Positions 29,284 to 39,635 are shown, numbered from the stretch's first letter. The stretch: 64,000 bases of DNA from an archaeon (GCA_042584585.1 JBHOSQ010000001.1:1-64000), one strand, 5' to 3'. Notes: generated by a model from the sequence alone, not told the origin. Numbers and translations: made by a program.

Positions 29284-32019
29284 TTATGCCCTCGACACGC
29301 CAATCGCGATTTCCTTGCCCTGGAACTTGATTTTCGCCGCCTCGTCGCCGCCATCGCCGACTGACGCTTTGGCTGCGTTGACCTTCTTCTGCACGAACGG
29401 CAAGGCATTGTCCAGCAAGTCGTGGCCAGAAACAAACAAAGTAATCTTGTCCTCGACGTTCAAGCCCATCTTCTTGCGCACTGACTGCACCTGCCGGGCG
29501 ACGTCCGAAGCGAGAGCTTCGGCGAGAAGCGAGTCGTCCATCTTGGTGTCCAGCGCAAGCTCCTTGCCGCGGACGACTTCCTTCACGTTGCACTGGCTCT
29601 TCAGCACATGCGAAAAGTTCTTGAACTCCCCAGGAACGGTTAGTGTCTTCAATGGCCAGCGCAGCTTGACCTCGGCGTCCTGGCGCATCGTCGCGACCTT
29701 TTCGATTATGTCGCGGGCCACAGCCATCTCCTCGTCGAGAGCAGGGTCAAGGTATTTCTCGTCCACTGCCGGCCAGTCCGCCAAGTGCACACTTTCCCCG
29801 CCGAAAATCTCGAGGTTCGAGCTTTCGGATAAGTAGGGGAGTGCGGGGGCAAGCAAGCGGTTCACACGCTCCAACGTGTAGTACAGCGTCGCGAATGCCT
29901 CTTGCTTGTCCGCGCCGTCGTAGGTGGGCCACGTGCGGCCGCGGATTAATTTAATGTAAAAGCGGGACAAGTCGTTGATGACGAAGTCCGAAACGACGCC
30001 CATCGCCTTGTAGCCCATGAACTTGTCGTTGTATTCCGTTGCCTCTTTGACGACTGCATTGACGCGCGACAAGAGCCAGCGGTCCTCGGCGGACGGGTTT
30101 TTCAGCTCCGCTTTCTTGCAGTACAACGTGAAGAACTTGAACGAGTTCTGCAGAATCGTGAAGAACCGGCGCACGTCATCCACTTTTTCCCACGCCCAGT
30201 CAAAGTCCGCAGACGGGTCGAACTCCAACAAGTAATACCGGAGGGTGTCGCGGGAATGCTTCTCGATTACTTCTTCGGGCGACACGACGTTGCCCTTGCT
30301 CTTGCTCATCTTGATGCCGCCCTGCGAAAGCACAAGGCCGTGCTGCAAAATGTTCTCGAACGGGATGCGGCCGAACGTGATGTAGCCACAGATAGCGAGC
30401 GAATTCCACCAGCCACGGGTTTGGTCCGGGCCTTCAAGCACGAACTTAACGGGCCACAACGACTCGAACGGCTCCTTTTTCCGGGGGTAGCCAAGCGACG
30501 ACCACGGCGCGGTGCCGGAGTCGAACCACACGTCCAAAACGTCCTCGACGCGCGTCATTTCCTTGCCGCATTTGCACGGGAGCTTGATTTTGTCGATGTG
30601 CGGGCGGTGCAGGTCCTCGGGGACTGAAGGGAGCTCGTCCGTGGAGCCAACGACTTTTACTTCGCCGCACTCGCACTCCCAAATCGGGAGCGGGATGCCC
30701 CAGTAGCGCTGGCGGCTGATTGGCCAGTCGCCAAGCGACTGCAGCCAGTTGTCGAACCGCTTGCCGGCCCACGACGGGACCCACGGGATCTTGCTGTTCT
30801 GCTCAATCAAGTCTTTTTTCATGTCGCTTACTTTGAAGAACCACTGCGGCATGTTAAGGAAGAGTAACGGCGAGTTGCAGCGCCAGCACATTGGGTAGTC
30901 GTGGTCGAACTCCTGCTGGAGCAAGAGGTTGCCACTGCCCTTGAGGTCGTTGATTATTACGGGGTCCGCGTCCTTCACGTACTTTCCCGCGTACGCGCCC
31001 ACAGTGTCGTCGTAGTGCCCGTTGGGGAGCACGGGGCAAAGGATTTCGAGGCCTTTTTCCTTTCCGACGCGCCAGTCCTCTTCGCCGTGTCCCGGCGCGG
31101 TGTGAACCAAACCTGTTCCTTCCTCAAGGTGGACGTAGCGCTCGCTCATGACGACGCGGTTCTTGACTTTTTCCTGGAGCGGGAGCTTCAGGGGGTGGTC
31201 GTACTCCCAGTCCTCCATTTCCGCGCCCTTGATTGTCTTGATTAGTGTGTAGCCGGTCTCCATTTTTTCCATGACTTTGGGGAGCAGGTCCTTGGCCATC
31301 CACAATTTTCCGGCCATGGTCTCGACGAGCACGTAGTCAAACTTGGGGTTTGCCATCACGCCAGTGTTCGCGGGAAGCGTCCACGGGGTGGTGGTCCAGA
31401 TTAATAGAAATTCATCTTTGCCTTTTAGCTGGAACTTGACGTAAACAGAAGTGTCGCGCCTTTTCTCGTACTCGATTTCGTTGTACGCCACAACGGTCTC
31501 GCAAGAGGGGCAGACGTGCAATGGATAAGTGCCCTTGTAAAGCAGTCCCTTGTCGAACGCGATTTTGAACGTGTGCCACGCGCCCTCCATGTATTCGTTG
31601 TCGAGGGTGACGTACGGCTTTTCCCAGTCCATCCACACCCCAAGGTTGTCGAACTGCTTGTTCATGACGTCGATGAACTTGGTGGCGTAGTCCTTGCACT
31701 CGGCGTTGAACTTGTCCACGCCCAGTTTTTCGATGTCGTCTTTGCCGCGAATGCCGAGCTGCTTCTCGACCTTTACCTCAATCGGCAGGCCGTGCGTGTC
31801 GTACCCTGGCTGGCACCAGACGTCGAAGCCCTTCATGCGCAGAAAGCGAATGTAATAGTCCTTAAGGATTTTGTTGAACGTGGTCCCCATGTGGATGTAG
31901 CCAGTGGCATACGGCGGCCCGTCCAAAAAGTAGTACTTTTCCTTGCCGCTGTTGCGCTTGAGTGCCTTCTTGCGCAAATCGTTCTTTTGCCAGTACTCAA
32001 TGACTTCGTTCTCGTCCAT
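29284..32019 (-). CDS. ileS: Isoleucine--tRNA ligase
   Basis: LDGPPYATGYIHMGT, WTTTPWT, ISRQRYWG, EGPDQTRGW, KMSKS. Confidence 0.97.
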   Translation of the reverse strand: MDENEVIEYWQKNDLRKKALKRNSGKEKYYFLDGPPYATGYIHMGTTFNKILKDYYIRFLRMKGFDVWCQPGYDTHGLPIEVKVEKQLGIRGKDDIEKLGVDKFNAECKDYATKFIDVMNKQFDNLGVWMDWEKPYVTLDNEYMEGAWHTFKIAFDKGLLYKGTYPLHVCPSCETVVAYNEIEYEKRRDTSVYVKFQLKGKDEFLLIWTTTPWTLPANTGVMANPKFDYVLVETMAGKLWMAKDLLPKVMEKMETGYTLIKTIKGAEMEDWEYDHPLKLPLQEKVKNRVVMSERYVHLEEGTGLVHTAPGHGEEDWRVGKEKGLEILCPVLPNGHYDDTVGAYAGKYVKDADPVIINDLKGSGNLLLQQEFDHDYPMCWRCNSPLLFLNMPQWFFKVSDMKKDLIEQNSKIPWVPSWAGKRFDNWLQSLGDWPISRQRYWGIPLPIWECECGEVKVVGSTDELPSVPEDLHRPHIDKIKLPCKCGKEMTRVEDVLDVWFDSGTAPWSSLGYPRKKEPFESLWPVKFVLEGPDQTRGWWNSLAICGYITFGRIPFENILQHGLVLSQGGIKMSKSKGNVVSPEEVIEKHSRDTLRYYLLEFDPSADFDWAWEKVDDVRRFFTILQNSFKFFTLYCKKAELKNPSAEDRWLLSRVNAVVKEATEYNDKFMGYKAMGVVSDFVINDLSRFYIKLIRGRTWPTYDGADKQEAFATLYYTLERVNRLLAPALPYLSESSNLEIFGGESVHLADWPAVDEKYLDPALDEEMAVARDIIEKVATMRQDAEVKLRWPLKTLTVPGEFKNFSHVLKSQCNVKEVVRGKELALDTKMDDSLLAEALASDVARQVQSVRKKMGLNVEDKITLFVSGHDLLDNALPFVQKKVNAAKASVGDGGDEAAKIKFQGKEIAIGVSRA

Positions 32020-32113
32020 TCTAACCACGCGTAGCGTAAGATTTTGTTGGATTTGTATAAAAAGCAGGTGGGAGCAACAGCCTTTAAAAACACGGCGTGC
32101 ATATATTTTACTA

Positions 32114-34150
32114 ATGGTGAATGTGCGGTTGCCTGGGCACAGTCTCGAAATAATTCACGCTAGCCGGCGCAGGCTCGCACCGAGTGGCAAGAAAATGGAA
32201 AAGCACGTACTTGGCTTTATCGATCCTGAAGGCAACGACACTGGGCGTTTCGTGGTCGGCACTCGGGTGGACAAGATTACTGACCTTAACTTTTTGCCGT
32301 TGCTTGGCTCTCGCCGCGGGAGGAACAGGGACGTTGTTTCTGTGAAAACCCATGATGGGCGGTTCGTTTACAAGTTCACGAAGAATATCCCCACGGAGGA
32401 CTATACTGTTCAATCGGTGGATGAAAAGATTTATCCGCTTCTTGAGGAATCGATTCCTTGCGCAAAGCACGAGAAAACCATTGAATTGCCGTACGTGGAA
32501 TACAAAGACGATGACGGAGCCATCCACACCAAAGGGATGAGGGTGATTGTTGAGGAGGATGTTGGGCACAAAAACTTGTCTGAGGAACGGTTCAACATTC
32601 ACGTCTCGAAAAAAGGGCTTAAGCGTATGAAACGGGCGCTGAGGGACATCACAAACCATTCCATTACAATGATCCAAAAAGGATTATTGCTTGACATAAA
32701 GCCGGAGAACTTCGTGCTTAAACAAGAAGGTTGGGCGGAGAAATTGTTGTTGGTCGACAAGGACCACTTAGTCAGATTAACGGAAGAAAACCGGGCGGAA
32801 AAACTTGCGACGCTCGGTAAAGACATAGGGAGGTCATTTGCTGACCTGTATTTGTTGAACGATCCGTTACTGGATGCCAAGCGCTATGAAGACATCAAGG
32901 ACTATTTAACTAATAAAATTCGCTCTTGGACAATCGCTCCACCGCGGGACCTGGACGGAAACGAAATGAAAGAACTTTCGGACAAGGACGCCAAAAAAAT
33001 AATCAATGGAATGGATGCCTATCTCACGAAAAAGTTCCACACAAGTTATAACGAGCTATATTCCGCAGCTAAGCTAAAGATAAACCGTGAGCCCACACCC
33101 AGTATTGAGTCAAGTCCGTTTAAGTTTACGGGCGGGAAAAAATCAGAGATTATTCGGGGCCTTAAGTCTTCGTACAAACAGAAGACCAAAAATATTGCGA
33201 ATCTGGAACAGCATATAATGCGTTTGGAGATGGAACTCCAAAAAGGCTCCGACATAGGCTTGATTTCGGCTGGAAGAAAAAACCAGATAAACCGGTCTTT
33301 CCACCACCACAAGCTTGCCATGATGGAAGCCAAAATGAATACTTTCAATGAAATATTAGATGACTTGGAAAAAGCGAAGCCGAAGACTGAATCCTCAAAA
33401 AAAGAGGTCGATAAAACCCGTAAAAAACTCAAGAGATTACTGTCAGACTCAATTAGTAAATACACTGATATGAACGAAGCGTTCGAGAAAGAAGAACTGG
33501 CAATTGGGGACCAAGAGGCAGTGAAGTTAAACCAGTACATTATCCCATTCAAACATAACGAGGTAGTGAAGACCTTGGCGTTATACAAGCAGACGATGGC
33601 CGGAACCATCACAAAAGAAGCACAGGGACTGGAAAAAACGCTTAGGAGCGCAGAAGAACAAGGGCAATTAGAAGAGGGAACGGCAGCGAGGCTGGGTGTG
33701 CCAATGGCCATGCAAAACCTTTCGCTTCTCGAAAACGAATACGACTTGTACGAAAACATGTCTACGGGATTGAAAGAAGAGAAAAATGAGTTAATGCAAT
33801 CGCGTTACGACGAGTTCAGGTACCTTGTGGAAACACAAAGCATTGATGGGCTTCTGGAGAGCATCAGAAGAAACAAGAAAAGACCGTCGGTTGAAGACTA
33901 TCTCGAGACGAACTTCATCGGGAAGCAAATCAAAGTAGTTATCCAGAACAAGGACGTTGGAGGGTTCCAGTGGCTGCTTAAGTCCATGAGCGAGGGAGAA
34001 CTGGACGAGCTAAGCAAGGCAGTCAGTAGCCTCCCCAAGCAAAGCGAAGACGCGCTCGACTACAACATCAAGCACTGCAAAAAGCAACTCGATGAACTGG
34101 TGGGCCTAATCGCTCCAGTAAAAGAACTAACTGACAAGTACTATCAATAA
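32114..34150 (+). CDS. Orphan with protein-kinase-like N-domain and coiled-coil C-terminal half
   Basis: LLDIKPENFV catalytic-loop-like motif followed by LLLVDKD; AT-richer than the flanks. Start set at the ATG at 32114. Confidence 0.6.
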   Translation: MVNVRLPGHSLEIIHASRRRLAPSGKKMEKHVLGFIDPEGNDTGRFVVGTRVDKITDLNFLPLLGSRRGRNRDVVSVKTHDGRFVYKFTKNIPTEDYTVQSVDEKIYPLLEESIPCAKHEKTIELPYVEYKDDDGAIHTKGMRVIVEEDVGHKNLSEERFNIHVSKKGLKRMKRALRDITNHSITMIQKGLLLDIKPENFVLKQEGWAEKLLLVDKDHLVRLTEENRAEKLATLGKDIGRSFADLYLLNDPLLDAKRYEDIKDYLTNKIRSWTIAPPRDLDGNEMKELSDKDAKKIINGMDAYLTKKFHTSYNELYSAAKLKINREPTPSIESSPFKFTGGKKSEIIRGLKSSYKQKTKNIANLEQHIMRLEMELQKGSDIGLISAGRKNQINRSFHHHKLAMMEAKMNTFNEILDDLEKAKPKTESSKKEVDKTRKKLKRLLSDSISKYTDMNEAFEKEELAIGDQEAVKLNQYIIPFKHNEVVKTLALYKQTMAGTITKEAQGLEKTLRSAEEQGQLEEGTAARLGVPMAMQNLSLLENEYDLYENMSTGLKEEKNELMQSRYDEFRYLVETQSIDGLLESIRRNKKRPSVEDYLETNFIGKQIKVVIQNKDVGGFQWLLKSMSEGELDELSKAVSSLPKQSEDALDYNIKHCKKQLDELVGLIAPVKELTDKYYQ

Positions 34151-35574
34151 GCGCTGCTCAGCAATCCGATGTTCTCGGCTTTTTTGCCGCAGCCAACGCA
34201 CTTGCCGCTGACCCTTGACGTTGACTTTCGGTCAACGTCATAAACCACGGTGCCGCGGAACTCAAGCTTCTTCATCTTGCCTTCCAATGCCTGCCAGCAG
34301 TCCTTGCTGCCGCACACCGGAACGGTCACGGGCAGCGACGCCTTGTCCGCCTCCTTCAGCGAGTCCATAGACTTCGCGTTGACGATTGCCTGCCCGTGGA
34401 ACTCAAGCGCTTTTTTCTTCATGGCTTTCGTGACGTCCGCCAAAATCTTCGCGACTTCCTTGTTAACATCCTTGAGGGCCACCGCTTTCTTTTGGCGCGT
34501 GTCCCTGCGCACCAAAACCGCTTCGCCTTTCTCGACGTCACGCGGCCCAATCTCTATGCGGACGGGCACGCCCTTTAGCTCCCAGCGGTAATACTTCGCG
34601 CCGGGGTTGTCGTCGCTGGTGTCGATTTCTTTGCGGCACGTAAGTGAATCGAAAATCTTTTTTGCTGCGGACTCTATTTTTTTCTTGTCGCCCTTGAACA
34701 CGACGGGAACGACAACCGCTTGAATCGGCGCGAACTCCGGCGGAAGCACGAGGCCGTGCTCGTCGCCGTGCACCCCAATCAACGCCGCGATTATTCTTGA
34801 CGAAATCCCGTGGCTGTTGAGGTGGCACAGTTGCTGTTCGCCCTTTTCGTTTTCGTACGTTACCTCGAAAGTCTTTGCGAACCCGGTGCCGAGGTCGTGG
34901 CTCGTTGCGGATTGTAATGTCTTGTAGTCGGGCATGACAACGTCCCACGCCACTGTCTTGACTGCGCCGGGGAAACGGTCCCAGTCCGGCCGCTCCACAA
35001 CAAGCGCGGGAACGCCGAGCGCGGCGAAGAATTCGTTGTACGCCTTTTCGATTGTCTTCATTTCTTCGTCCACTGTTTTTTGGTCCGCGTGCGCACAGTG
35101 CGCTTCCTTGAAAGTAGAGATTTCGCGGTCGCGGATAAGCGGGCGGGTGTGCTTTGTCTCGTAGCGGAACGTGTTCACGATTTGATAAATCTTGAGTGGC
35201 AGGTCGGCGTGGCTGCGTATCCATAACTTGAACATCGGGTACATCACGGTCTCGCTGGTTGGGCGCAACGCGAGGGGGACCTCAAGGTCGGTGAGCCCGC
35301 CTTTGGTGACCCAGTACACGCCGTCTTCGAATCCCTTGATGTGCTGTGCTTCCTTCATTAGCTGGGGTTGCGGGATGAGCATTGGGAACAACGTTTCTTC
35401 GTGGCCCGTCTCGTCCATTAGGCGGCCGAGCTCGCCGAACACCAGCTTGCGCAGCTTGAACCCGAACGGGCGCCAGGCATACGTGCCCTTAAGGTTGTAC
35501 CTGGAGTCGATGACTTCGGCGTCCTCCAGCACAGAGTGGTACCAGTCAGAAAAGTTAGCTCTTGACGTTTCCAT
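34144..35574 (-). CDS. proS: Proline--tRNA ligase (archaeal/eukaryotic type)
   Basis: LRPTSET, FRYETKHTRPLIR, GLVLPP, KGVPVRIEIGPRD, terminal Y. Confidence 0.97.
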   Translation of the reverse strand: METSRANFSDWYHSVLEDAEVIDSRYNLKGTYAWRPFGFKLRKLVFGELGRLMDETGHEETLFPMLIPQPQLMKEAQHIKGFEDGVYWVTKGGLTDLEVPLALRPTSETVMYPMFKLWIRSHADLPLKIYQIVNTFRYETKHTRPLIRDREISTFKEAHCAHADQKTVDEEMKTIEKAYNEFFAALGVPALVVERPDWDRFPGAVKTVAWDVVMPDYKTLQSATSHDLGTGFAKTFEVTYENEKGEQQLCHLNSHGISSRIIAALIGVHGDEHGLVLPPEFAPIQAVVVPVVFKGDKKKIESAAKKIFDSLTCRKEIDTSDDNPGAKYYRWELKGVPVRIEIGPRDVEKGEAVLVRRDTRQKKAVALKDVNKEVAKILADVTKAMKKKALEFHGQAIVNAKSMDSLKEADKASLPVTVPVCGSKDCWQALEGKMKKLEFRGTVVYDVDRKSTSRVSGKCVGCGKKAENIGLLSSAY

Positions 35575-35633
35575 TGAAAAACCCCCTTTCCCAAGGATTG
35601 AGGAAATAAAGGTCGTGGGGATATAAAAGTGTG

Positions 35634-35833
35634 CTGGGGAAACAGGTTACCCCACCACAAGGACTTGGGGGGCGCCACAACTGGCCTCTGGGGGGATACC
35701 AATTGGCATCCCCCAAGTCCTTTGGGCTGTCGGAAGCGCCCCCACTGCCACCCGGGGGTTGGGCTTCTGCGCCGGAGGGCGAGCCAGCAGAACAGGAGGG
35801 CAAACGGAGCCGGGTTTTTCCTGCGTTCTGCAG
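35634..35833. other. GC-rich multi-hairpin intergenic element containing family-1 REP-like copies
   Basis: AAGGACTTGGGGG/CCCCCAAGTCCTT inverted repeat; GCCTCTGG..GATACCAATTGGCATC..CCAAGTC; GCAGAAC/GTTCTGC stem. Confidence 0.55.
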
Positions 35834-35894
35834 CGATTCTCCTGCATAGGTTTTTATAGGGAGGATGGTTAAACAGTATTAAGGGGGGCTGTTA

Positions 35895-36281
35895 ATGCCT
35901 GAAGAAGAGAAAAAGACCGAAGAAACCGAGGAAGAGGACGAATCACTGGCTTTCGCCAACGCCCAAGTAGTTAGGGTGATGAGGGCCAACGTGGCGCAGG
36001 ACAAGATGATCAAGTCCGCCGTCAAGAAGGAAATGAACCTGTTCCTCGAACAGGTGTGTGGCGACGTGTCCAAGAGAATGGACAAGTTCCCGTACGCAAT
36101 GATTGACCGCAGAATGTTCGACGAGGCCACCGAGGCCTACAGGACCATGGACAAAGTCGTCGAGGAAAAGAAGCGCATAATCGCGCACCTCGAAGCAATC
36201 AAGGAAGACTGCAACAAGCTCATCCGCGATGTCGACGAAACGTTCAAGTCCGACGACGAAGAAGAAGAAGCCGCGGAATAA
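35895..36281 (+). CDS. Histone-fold protein with C-terminal coiled coil and acidic termini
   Basis: FANAQVVRVMR...KMIKSAVKKEMNLFLEQVCGDVSKRM...AMID histone-fold pattern, followed by a heptad helix. Confidence 0.75.
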   Translation: MPEEEKKTEETEEEDESLAFANAQVVRVMRANVAQDKMIKSAVKKEMNLFLEQVCGDVSKRMDKFPYAMIDRRMFDEATEAYRTMDKVVEEKKRIIAHLEAIKEDCNKLIRDVDETFKSDDEEEEAAE

Positions 36282-36299
36282 AGCTCGTTCTGGTGACTA

Positions 36300-37481
36300 A
36301 TGGACGCCGAGAAGCTCAGCAAGAATATTTCCAAGATTTACGCATTCTCGTTCCTGTGGCACCTGCATTTCATGGCTGGCGTGCTGATTCCGTTCTTCAC
36401 GCTGTGGGGCAAAATCTCGTTTACCGAGATAATGCTCCTCCAATCCTTTTTTGTTGTATCAGTGTTTTTGCTGGAAATTCCGACCGGCGCAGTCGCCGAT
36501 AGGTTCGGCCGCAAAACGTCGCTGATTCTTTCGTCACTAGTCAGCATGGTCGGCGTGATTGTCTATTCGTCTTATCCATCAATAGCGGTGTTCGCGCTCG
36601 GCGAATTCATTTTCGCGATAGGCTCGTCGCTCATAAGCGGTGCGGACGAGGCCTTGATGTACGACACCCTCAAAAAAACGGGGAGGGTCCGGGAATCCAA
36701 AAAGATTCTGCCGCGCATGCACTCGTTCCGCATACTCGGCGTGATGGTTGGCGCGCCAATCGGCGGCATAATCGGGTACTACCTCGGGCTGCAGTACGCC
36801 GTGATGCTAATGGCCATTCCAATGGCACTGTCCGCGCTCGTCGCGTGGACCCTGGAAGAGCCAAAAACAAGGAAGAGCAAGGAGTCCACACGGTACATCG
36901 ACACGCTCATCAGCGGGGTCACGTACTTCCGCAAGCACAAAATACTGAGAAAACTAGCGGCAGACGAAATCACGATAGGCGCGGTCATCTTCTTCATTAT
37001 TTGGCTGTACCAGCCCGCGCTGCAGAGCGCAGGCGTCGCGATTATTTGGTTCGGGTTCGTCCACGCGTTGATAGCCGTCGCCCAAATCGTTTTCCAGAAC
37101 AACTTCGAGCGGCTCGAAAAGTTCTTCGGGAAAAAGGGGTACATCAAGTACAGCGCGATCATTCCGGGGATTTGTTTCATCTTGCTGGCATTGGGAGTTG
37201 GCGCATGGGCCATGGTGGGGCTGATTACGTTGATTGCGGCGTTCGGGCTGTCGCGCAGGGCATTGTACGCCAACTACTACAACAAGCACATTGAAAGCAA
37301 GAACCGGGCCACGGTGCTTTCCACGATTCGGATGGTGGGCAGCTTCGTGCGGGCGCTGCTGTACCCCCTCGTTGGGGTAATGGTCGACTTTTCATTGCCG
37401 CTGGCGCTTGGGGCGATTGGAGTGGTTTTGGTCGCTGCGGCGCTGCTGAGCAGGGTTGAAGATTACATGCTGGTGGACTAG
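36300..37481 (+). CDS. MFS transporter
   Basis: EIPTGAVADRFGRK, SGADEALMYD, RATVLS; about 12 TMs. Confidence 0.93.
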   Translation: MDAEKLSKNISKIYAFSFLWHLHFMAGVLIPFFTLWGKISFTEIMLLQSFFVVSVFLLEIPTGAVADRFGRKTSLILSSLVSMVGVIVYSSYPSIAVFALGEFIFAIGSSLISGADEALMYDTLKKTGRVRESKKILPRMHSFRILGVMVGAPIGGIIGYYLGLQYAVMLMAIPMALSALVAWTLEEPKTRKSKESTRYIDTLISGVTYFRKHKILRKLAADEITIGAVIFFIIWLYQPALQSAGVAIIWFGFVHALIAVAQIVFQNNFERLEKFFGKKGYIKYSAIIPGICFILLALGVGAWAMVGLITLIAAFGLSRRALYANYYNKHIESKNRATVLSTIRMVGSFVRALLYPLVGVMVDFSLPLALGAIGVVLVAAALLSRVEDYMLVD

Positions 37482-37559
37482 CGCGTGCTAGCAAGCGTAA
37501 AGAAAAAAAAATAGATGGTCGGGACGCAGCAAGCCGCGTCCCGGGAGTTTTGACGAAAT

Positions 37560-37733
37560 TTAGAGGTCGGCTGCGCGAACGGTCTTGCGGCCGTTTGCCT
37601 TCGCACGCGAAATCGCGTTGTCAACCATGTCCGCAACATTCTTCGAGAGAGCCTCGCAGAAGTCACCGGCCATGTTAGCCTTCTTCTTCTTCACTTCGTC
37701 CCTAACCTTGCTCTGAACAACTAATACATCCAT
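37560..37733 (-). CDS. Short (alpha3-truncated, face-to-face-type) histone
   Basis: MDVLVVQSKVRD...AISRAKANGRKTVRAADL; SD GAGGT. Confidence 0.85.
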   Translation of the reverse strand: MDVLVVQSKVRDEVKKKKANMAGDFCEALSKNVADMVDNAISRAKANGRKTVRAADL

Positions 37734-37808
37734 TTGAATTACCTCTGGCATATTTGCTAACCACGTCATTTATATAGGTTTCGCTCAAAATGCCCTTTTT
37801 GGAGGGGT

Positions 37809-38273
37809 TTAGGCGGTTTTTAAGAGGCTAGATTTGTCAATATTTTTCACTTCGCCGGTCTTCATGTCCAGGTCCACCCTCAGCATCCGCAGGGTTTTCG
37901 TGACAATAGCGACCTTCCACTCGCCCTCACGAAGCGTGATAATGACTTTGGTCGGCACCTCGCGCTGCTCGACCAGGACTTCGGTGAGGCGCGACAACAA
38001 CTCTTTTACCCCCAACGCGCCGCTGGGGTCCAGCTCCGGATAATGGCCCTCGACCAGTGGGGCGCTGGCCTCCCCTTTCGAGACATTGCCGTCAGTTACG
38101 TCCACGGAAAACACTTTTTGCTCCGCGGGATTGAAGTACACCAGGGTCCACTGCTTGATTTCGGCCAATGTCTCGGGAATAGCCATCAGGCTGCTCAAGT
38201 AATACCCGCTCTTGAGGTGGCTCTGGATGCCTTCGTCGGCTTCTGCTTGTTCAACGGCTTTCGCTATCTCCAT
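37809..38273 (-). CDS. Hypothetical protein
   Basis: 154-aa ORF; possible PepSY-like duplicated fold, unverified. Confidence 0.65.
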   Translation of the reverse strand: MEIAKAVEQAEADEGIQSHLKSGYYLSSLMAIPETLAEIKQWTLVYFNPAEQKVFSVDVTDGNVSKGEASAPLVEGHYPELDPSGALGVKELLSRLTEVLVEQREVPTKVIITLREGEWKVAIVTKTLRMLRVDLDMKTGEVKNIDKSSLLKTA

Positions 38274-38459
38274 TCAAAACAGCCCGAGGAAAACAATCGC
38301 CAGCCCCGCGGTGAACGCAAGGCCGCCGTAAACGCGATACGTCAAGTCGTCGTACTTAAGCCACTTCTTGAGCCGCTTCCGCGCGACCTTCGGCGAAAAC
38401 AAGTACGGGAGCCCCTTCGTAAGGGCCACCAAGCCAATCATTAGCACAATGTAGTCCAT
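38274..38459 (-). CDS. DUF2065 (YjeT)-like small membrane protein
   Basis: MDYIVLMIGLVALTKGLPYLFSP...RVYGGLAFTAGLAIVF. Confidence 0.7.
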   Translation of the reverse strand: MDYIVLMIGLVALTKGLPYLFSPKVARKRLKKWLKYDDLTYRVYGGLAFTAGLAIVFLGLF

Positions 38460-38484
38460 ACCCCAGAATACGGCAAAGCGGTAT

Positions 38485-39600
38485 TTAACGCTTTGCGGCG
38501 GCCTCATAAAGGCCGACGAGCTGCTTCGTGCGCTTTTGGATAGTGTTTTTTTCCGCGGTTTTGCGCGCGTTCTTGGCGAGGCGCCGCCGCCGCTTCTTGT
38601 CGTACAGCAACAGGTTCGCGTCGTGCGCGATTTCCCGCCAGTCGTGCAAGCGGAACAACAAGCCGTTGGAGTTGTTTGCCACGGTCTCAGGAATAGCAAG
38701 CGAGTCCGCGCCCACCACCGGGCACTCACACGCCATGCCCTCCACAATCACAAGACCCTGGGTTTCGGCTTCGGAAGCAATCACGGAAAACGCCGCTTCC
38801 TTGTACAGCTTAACCAAGTCCTTGTCGTCAATGAACCCCGTGAAAATGACGTTGTCTGGAGCCAATTTCTTCAACCGCTCCATGTCCGGCCCGCGGCTCG
38901 TCACTACAAGCGGGGCGTCTACTGTTTCCCACGCCTTCAGGACGTCAGCCACGTTTTTTTCGCGCGAGAGCCTGCCAGAGTGCAGCACGAAGTCGCCGTC
39001 GATGCCGAACTTCTTTCGCACGCTTTTCGTGGACTTTACTTTGTCGAACCTCTTCAGCTCGATGCCCGTGGGGATCACGGGAATGGGCGCCTTGATGCCC
39101 TTGTCCTCGAGCAACAGCTTGATGGTCTTTGAGGGAGTGATTACCGCGTCGTAGCGGTTGTAATGCTTCGTGGAATACGCCCACGACACTTTTTGGCCGA
39201 GCAGGTGCAGGTGCTTGCCCTTGAACAAGTAATGCACGTAGTCGGACAGCGGCGTGTGGAACGTGGTGACCGCGGGGATTTTGTTTCGCTTCGCCGCGTA
39301 CAGCCCCGCCAGGCCGATGGAGAACGGGCCATGGGTGTGGACAACGTCGAAGCCCTTGCCCGCGACTAATTTGTTGATTCGCATTGGGGGGACGGTGGCA
39401 CGGAACTCCGGGTACGGGCGAAAAGTAAAAGACTTGAACCGGTGCACCTTCATTTTGTTGTACCGCTTTTTCCCGGGGGTGGGCGCGAAGATTTCAACTG
39501 TGTGGCCCTGCCTCACCAATTCGTCTGCGAACCACGAAGTGCTGGAGACCACACCGTTTACCTGGGGGTGCCAAGTCTCCGTGAACATCCCTATTTTCAT
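38485..39600 (-). CDS. GT4 family glycosyltransferase
   Basis: MKIGMFTETWHPQVNGV, GRLSREKN, ETQGLVIVEGMA. Confidence 0.93.
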   Translation of the reverse strand: MKIGMFTETWHPQVNGVVSSTSWFADELVRQGHTVEIFAPTPGKKRYNKMKVHRFKSFTFRPYPEFRATVPPMRINKLVAGKGFDVVHTHGPFSIGLAGLYAAKRNKIPAVTTFHTPLSDYVHYLFKGKHLHLLGQKVSWAYSTKHYNRYDAVITPSKTIKLLLEDKGIKAPIPVIPTGIELKRFDKVKSTKSVRKKFGIDGDFVLHSGRLSREKNVADVLKAWETVDAPLVVTSRGPDMERLKKLAPDNVIFTGFIDDKDLVKLYKEAAFSVIASEAETQGLVIVEGMACECPVVGADSLAIPETVANNSNGLLFRLHDWREIAHDANLLLYDKKRRRRLAKNARKTAEKNTIQKRTKQLVGLYEAAAKR

Positions 39601-39635
39601 TTGAGTCACTTTAGCCATATAGAAAATAAAAAGGA

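Noticed and set aside
35720-35833. SRP RNA or RNase P RNA
   Set aside because: No CAGG-GNRA-AGCA helix 8 and no complete CR-I/CR-V on either strand.
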